From Escherichia coli (GTDB lineage Bacteria > Pseudomonadota > Gammaproteobacteria > Enterobacterales > Enterobacteriaceae), in NCBI RefSeq assembly GCF_003018255.1, contig NZ_CP027440.1: a DNA stretch of 64,000 nt, one strand, 5' to 3'. A program made the position numbers and the translations under genes. Below the pieces are notes generated by a model that was given only the letters and a program-made list of their open reading frames with translations, had not been told where the DNA came from and ran no database searches. This document shows positions 60,130 through 64,000 of the stretch, piece after piece; positions within the stretch are counted from its first letter, which is position 1; each line of letters begins with the position of its first letter.

Positions 60130-61119
60130 ATGGCTTCACAACTGACTGATGCATTTGCGCGTAAGTTTTACTACTTGCGCCTGTCGATTACTGATGTGTG
60201 TAACTTTCGTTGCACCTACTGCCTGCCGGATGGCTACAAACCGAGCGGCGTCACCAATAAAGGCTTTCTTACCGTCGATGAAATTCGCCGGGTTACGCGC
60301 GCCTTTGCCAGTCTGGGCACCGAAAAAGTGCGCCTGACAGGCGGTGAGCCGTCTTTACGCCGCGACTTTACCGATATCATCGCCGCTGTGCGGGAAAACG
60401 ACGCTATCCGCCAGATTGCGGTCACCACCAATGGTTACCGTCTGGAACGCGATGTGGCGAACTGGCGCGATGCGGGACTTACTGGCATCAACGTCAGCGT
60501 TGATAGCCTTGACGCTCGCCAGTTTCATGCCATTACCGGGCAGGATAAATTCAACCAGGTCATGGCAGGGATCGATGCTGCATTTGAGGCCGGTTTTGAG
60601 AAGGTCAAAGTCAATACCGTGCTGATGCGTGATGTTAATCATCATCAGCTCGACACCTTTCTGAACTGGATCCAGCATCGCCCTATCCAGCTGCGTTTCA
60701 TCGAATTGATGGAAACGGGTGAGGGCAGCGAGCTCTTCCGTAAGCATCACATCTCTGGTCAGGTTCTGCGTGACGAGCTACTGCGTCGCGGCTGGATCCA
60801 CCAATTACGTCAACGCAGCGACGGTCCCGCGCAAGTCTTTTGTCATCCGGATTACGCCGGAGAGATTGGCCTTATCATGCCGTATGAAAAAGACTTCTGC
60901 GCCACTTGCAACCGCCTGCGCGTTTCCTCCATTGGTAAACTCCATCTCTGCCTGTTTGGTGAAGGCGGCGTTAACCTGCGCGATCTGCTGGAAGACGATA
61001 CCCAGCAACAGGCGCTGGAAGCGCGTATTTCAGCGGCGCTGCGGGAGAAGAAACAGACCCATTTCCTGCATCAAAACAACACCGGTATTACGCAAAACTT
61101 ATCGTACATTGGCGGCTAA
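60130..61119 (+). CDS. moaA: GTP 3',8-cyclase (radical SAM)
   Basis: [31 protein letters not shown], 329 aa; track ORF trimmed of 27 codons. Confidence 0.96.
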
Positions 61120-61140
61120 AACGTCAAAAGGAGAGATCAG

Positions 61141-61653
61141 ATGAGTCAGGTAAGCACTGAATTTATCCCGACCCGTATTGCTATTCTTACGGTTTCTAAT
61201 CGTCGTGGTGAAGAAGACGATACCTCCGGTCACTATCTGCGCGATTCGGCGCAGGAAGCGGGCCATCACGTTGTCGATAAAGCCATTGTGAAAGAAAACC
61301 GCTACGCTATTCGCGCTCAGGTATCTGCGTGGATCGCCAGCGACGATGTACAAGTGGTATTGATTACGGGTGGTACTGGCCTGACGGAAGGTGATCAGGC
61401 TCCCGAAGCGCTGCTGCCGTTGTTCGACCGTGAAGTTGAAGGTTTTGGTGAAGTGTTCCGGATGTTGTCGTTTGAAGAGATTGGCACCTCAACGTTGCAA
61501 TCTCGTGCGGTAGCGGGCGTCGCTAACAAAACGCTGATTTTCGCCATGCCGGGTTCGACCAAAGCGTGCCGCACCGCGTGGGAAAATATCATCGCGCCGC
61601 AGCTCGATGCCCGTACACGTCCATGCAATTTCCATCCACATTTGAAGAAATAA
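61141..61653 (+). CDS. moaB: molybdopterin biosynthesis protein MoaB
   Basis: 170-aa MogA/MoaB-fold ORF. Confidence 0.95.
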
Positions 61654-61655
61654 GT

Positions 61656-62141
61656 ATGTCGCAACTGACCCATATCAACGCCGCTGGCGAAGCACACATG
61701 GTGGATGTCTCCGCCAAAGCGGAAACCGTGCGTGAAGCGCGGGCGGAAGCCTTTGTCACCATGCGCAGCGAGACGCTGGCGATGATTATTGATGGTCGCC
61801 ACCACAAAGGCGACGTATTTGCCACTGCGCGTATCGCCGGTATTCAGGCGGCAAAACGCACCTGGGATCTGATCCCGCTGTGTCACCCGCTGATGCTCAG
61901 CAAAGTTGAAGTCAATTTACAGGCCGAGCCGGAGCACAATCGGGTACGTATAGAAACCTTATGCCGCCTGACCGGGAAAACCGGTGTCGAAATGGAAGCG
62001 TTAACCGCGGCCTCCGTGGCGGCGCTGACCATTTATGACATGTGCAAAGCGGTGCAAAAAGATATGGTAATTGGTCCGGTACGTTTGCTGGCGAAGAGCG
62101 GCGGCAAGTCGGGTGACTTTAAGGTGGAAGCGGATGATTAA
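61656..62141 (+). CDS. moaC: cyclic pyranopterin monophosphate synthase
   Basis: [28 protein letters not shown]..., 161 aa; track ORF trimmed of 30 codons. Confidence 0.95.
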
Positions 62142-62379
62142 AGTTCTTTTTTTCGCCCAGGTGCGCGAGTTGGTGGGAACAGATGCAACCGAAGTGGCTG
62201 CGGATTTCCCAACCGTTGAAGCGTTACGCCAACATCTGGCTGCGCAGAGCGATCGCTGGGCGCTGGCGCTGGAAGATGGCAAATTGCTGGCTGCCGTCAA
62301 CCAGACGCTGGTGAGTCTTGACCATCCGCTGACTGACGGCGACGAAGTGGCTTTCTTCCCGCCGGTAACCGGAGGTTAA
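62134..62379 (+). CDS. moaD: molybdopterin synthase sulfur-carrier subunit
   Basis: [15 protein letters not shown]..., ends in GG, 81 aa; overlaps moaC end. Confidence 0.94.
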
Positions 62380-62380
62380 G

Positions 62381-62833
62381 ATGGCAGAAACCAAAATTGT
62401 TGTCGGCCCGCAGCCATTCAGCGTAGGAGAAGAGTATCCGTGGCTGGCGGAGCGTGATGAAGACGGTGCGGTAGTCACCTTTACCGGTAAGGTGCGCAAC
62501 CATAACCTTGGCGACAGCGTCAAAGCATTAACCCTCGAACACTATCCGGGGATGACTGAAAAAGCACTGGCAGAAATTGTCGATGAAGCGCGTAACCGCT
62601 GGCCGCTGGGGCGCGTCACGGTGATTCACCGCATCGGGGAATTATGGCCGGGAGATGAAATCGTTTTTGTCGGTGTCACCAGTGCGCATCGCAGCAGTGC
62701 GTTTGAAGCCGGGCAGTTTATTATGGATTATCTCAAAACCCGCGCACCGTTCTGGAAGCGTGAAGCCACGCCGGAAGGCGACCGCTGGGTTGAAGCTCGG
62801 GAGAGCGATCAGCAGGCGGCAAAACGCTGGTAG
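62381..62833 (+). CDS. moaE: molybdopterin synthase catalytic subunit
   Basis: 150-aa ORF MAETKIVVGPQPFSVGEEYPWLAE. Confidence 0.95.
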   Translation: MAETKIVVGPQPFSVGEEYPWLAERDEDGAVVTFTGKVRNHNLGDSVKALTLEHYPGMTEKALAEIVDEARNRWPLGRVTVIHRIGELWPGDEIVFVGVTSAHRSSAFEAGQFIMDYLKTRAPFWKREATPEGDRWVEARESDQQAAKRW

Positions 62834-62969
62834 TTTTTTGTTAGCCGGATAAGGCACCGCTGCGTCCGGCAATTTCACCGCTCAGTACATGCGTTTACGC
62901 TGCGTCGATGCACAGCCTCATCATTTTGCAGTATCCTTAAGATATTCCTTATATCTTCAGGAGATCGTC

Positions 62970-63674
62970 ATGGACAGATTCCCACGTTCTGATTCAATTG
63001 TACAACCCCGGGCTGGCTTGCAAACTTATATGGCGCAAGTCTATGGCTGGATGACCGTTGGCTTGTTGCTGACCGCATTTGTTGCCTGGTATGCGGCTAA
63101 TTCCGCGGCCGTGATGGAGCTGTTGTTCACTAACCGTGTCTTTTTAATCGGTCTGATCATCGCGCAATTAGCATTGGTTATTGTGTTATCAGCGATGATT
63201 CAAAAGCTGAGCGCAGGTGTAACGACGATGCTCTTTATGCTTTATTCGGCGCTGACGGGTCTTACGCTTTCCAGTATTTTCATTGTTTATACCGCTGCTT
63301 CTATCGCCAGTACTTTCGTCGTTACTGCCGGAATGTTTGGCGCAATGAGCCTGTACGGTTACACCACGAAGCGCGATCTAAGCGGCTTTGGCAATATGCT
63401 GTTTATGGCGTTAATCGGCATTGTGCTGGCATCGCTGGTCAACTTCTGGCTGAAAAGCGAAGCATTGATGTGGGCAGTTACCTACATTGGCGTGATTGTC
63501 TTTGTCGGATTGACGGCGTATGACACGCAGAAATTGAAAAATATGGGTGAGCAGATTGATACCCGCGACACGTCGAACCTGCGCAAATATTCCATTCTTG
63601 GCGCGTTAACCTTGTATCTGGACTTCATCAACTTGTTCCTGATGTTGTTGCGGATCTTCGGCAACCGCCGTTAA
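62970..63674 (+). CDS. ybhL: BAX inhibitor-1/YccA-family inner-membrane protein
   Basis: MDRFPRSDSIVQPRAGLQTYMAQVYGWMTVGLL..., 7-TM, 234 aa; track ORF trimmed of 27 codons. Confidence 0.9.
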   Translation: MDRFPRSDSIVQPRAGLQTYMAQVYGWMTVGLLLTAFVAWYAANSAAVMELLFTNRVFLIGLIIAQLALVIVLSAMIQKLSAGVTTMLFMLYSALTGLTLSSIFIVYTAASIASTFVVTAGMFGAMSLYGYTTKRDLSGFGNMLFMALIGIVLASLVNFWLKSEALMWAVTYIGVIVFVGLTAYDTQKLKNMGEQIDTRDTSNLRKYSILGALTLYLDFINLFLMLLRIFGNRR

Positions 63675-63889
63675 TTCTTTTTCACCATCAATATCCCGGC
63701 CATGTGTCGGGATTTTTTTCTTACGAAAAAACGACACTTAACAAGTACCAAGTATAAAATATGCCTTATGGCCGAGCGGAAGTGTTTTCCGTATCCATAA
63801 ATACAAAAGTATTTTGTATGCGTGGCTTTAAATTTATTGATGGTGAATATTAATATTTTTTCTAAGGATAACTAAAAGAATGGAATCAT

Positions 63890-64000
63890 ACTCGCAAAGC
63901 AGCAATAAATTAGATTTTCAGCACGAAGCCAGGATATTAAACGGCATATGGCTCATTACCGCTTTGGGTTTGGTGACAACCGCAGGACTGGCCCTGGTGA
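63890..64000 (+). CDS. ybhM: BAX inhibitor-1-family membrane protein, 5' partial (runs off window)
   Basis: MESYSQSSNKLDFQHEARILNGIWLITALGLVTTAGLALV read manually; only the first 37 codons are in the window. Confidence 0.8.

Overview
This window is an Escherichia coli chromosomal segment running sucC-sucD, mngR-mngA-mngB, cydABX-ybgE, ybgC-tolQRA-tolB-pal-cpoB, a seven-gene Lys/Val tRNA cluster, nadA-pnuC, zitB, ybgS, aroG, gpmA, galMKTE, modF, modE, acrZ, modABC, ybhA, pgl, ybhD-ybhH-ybhI-ybhJ, ybhC, ybhB, bioA/bioBFCD, uvrB, ybhK, moaABCDE, ybhL and the start of ybhM. Gene order and protein sequences match my recollection of E. coli K-12, with two exceptions. (1) About 6.5 kb between mngB and the cydA regulatory region (roughly 7.7-14.3 kb) is not part of the K-12 gene order as I remember it. 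It carries an orphan RtcB-family RNA ligase paralogue, an ERIC repeat, a decayed glutamate mutase operon (glmS and glmL intact, glmE truncated at the ERIC copy, no methylaspartase or mesaconase), and a strongly AT-rich two-gene cassette (314 aa and 140 aa) in which I recognise no family. That cassette is the best candidate for an undescribed system, though I cannot assign it a function from sequence alone. (2) ybhJ is split into two overlapping reading frames by a frameshift in a GCG/GGC tract. All gene identifications rest on reading the supplied translations against remembered protein sequences and motifs; no database search was run, and K-12 comparisons are from memory.
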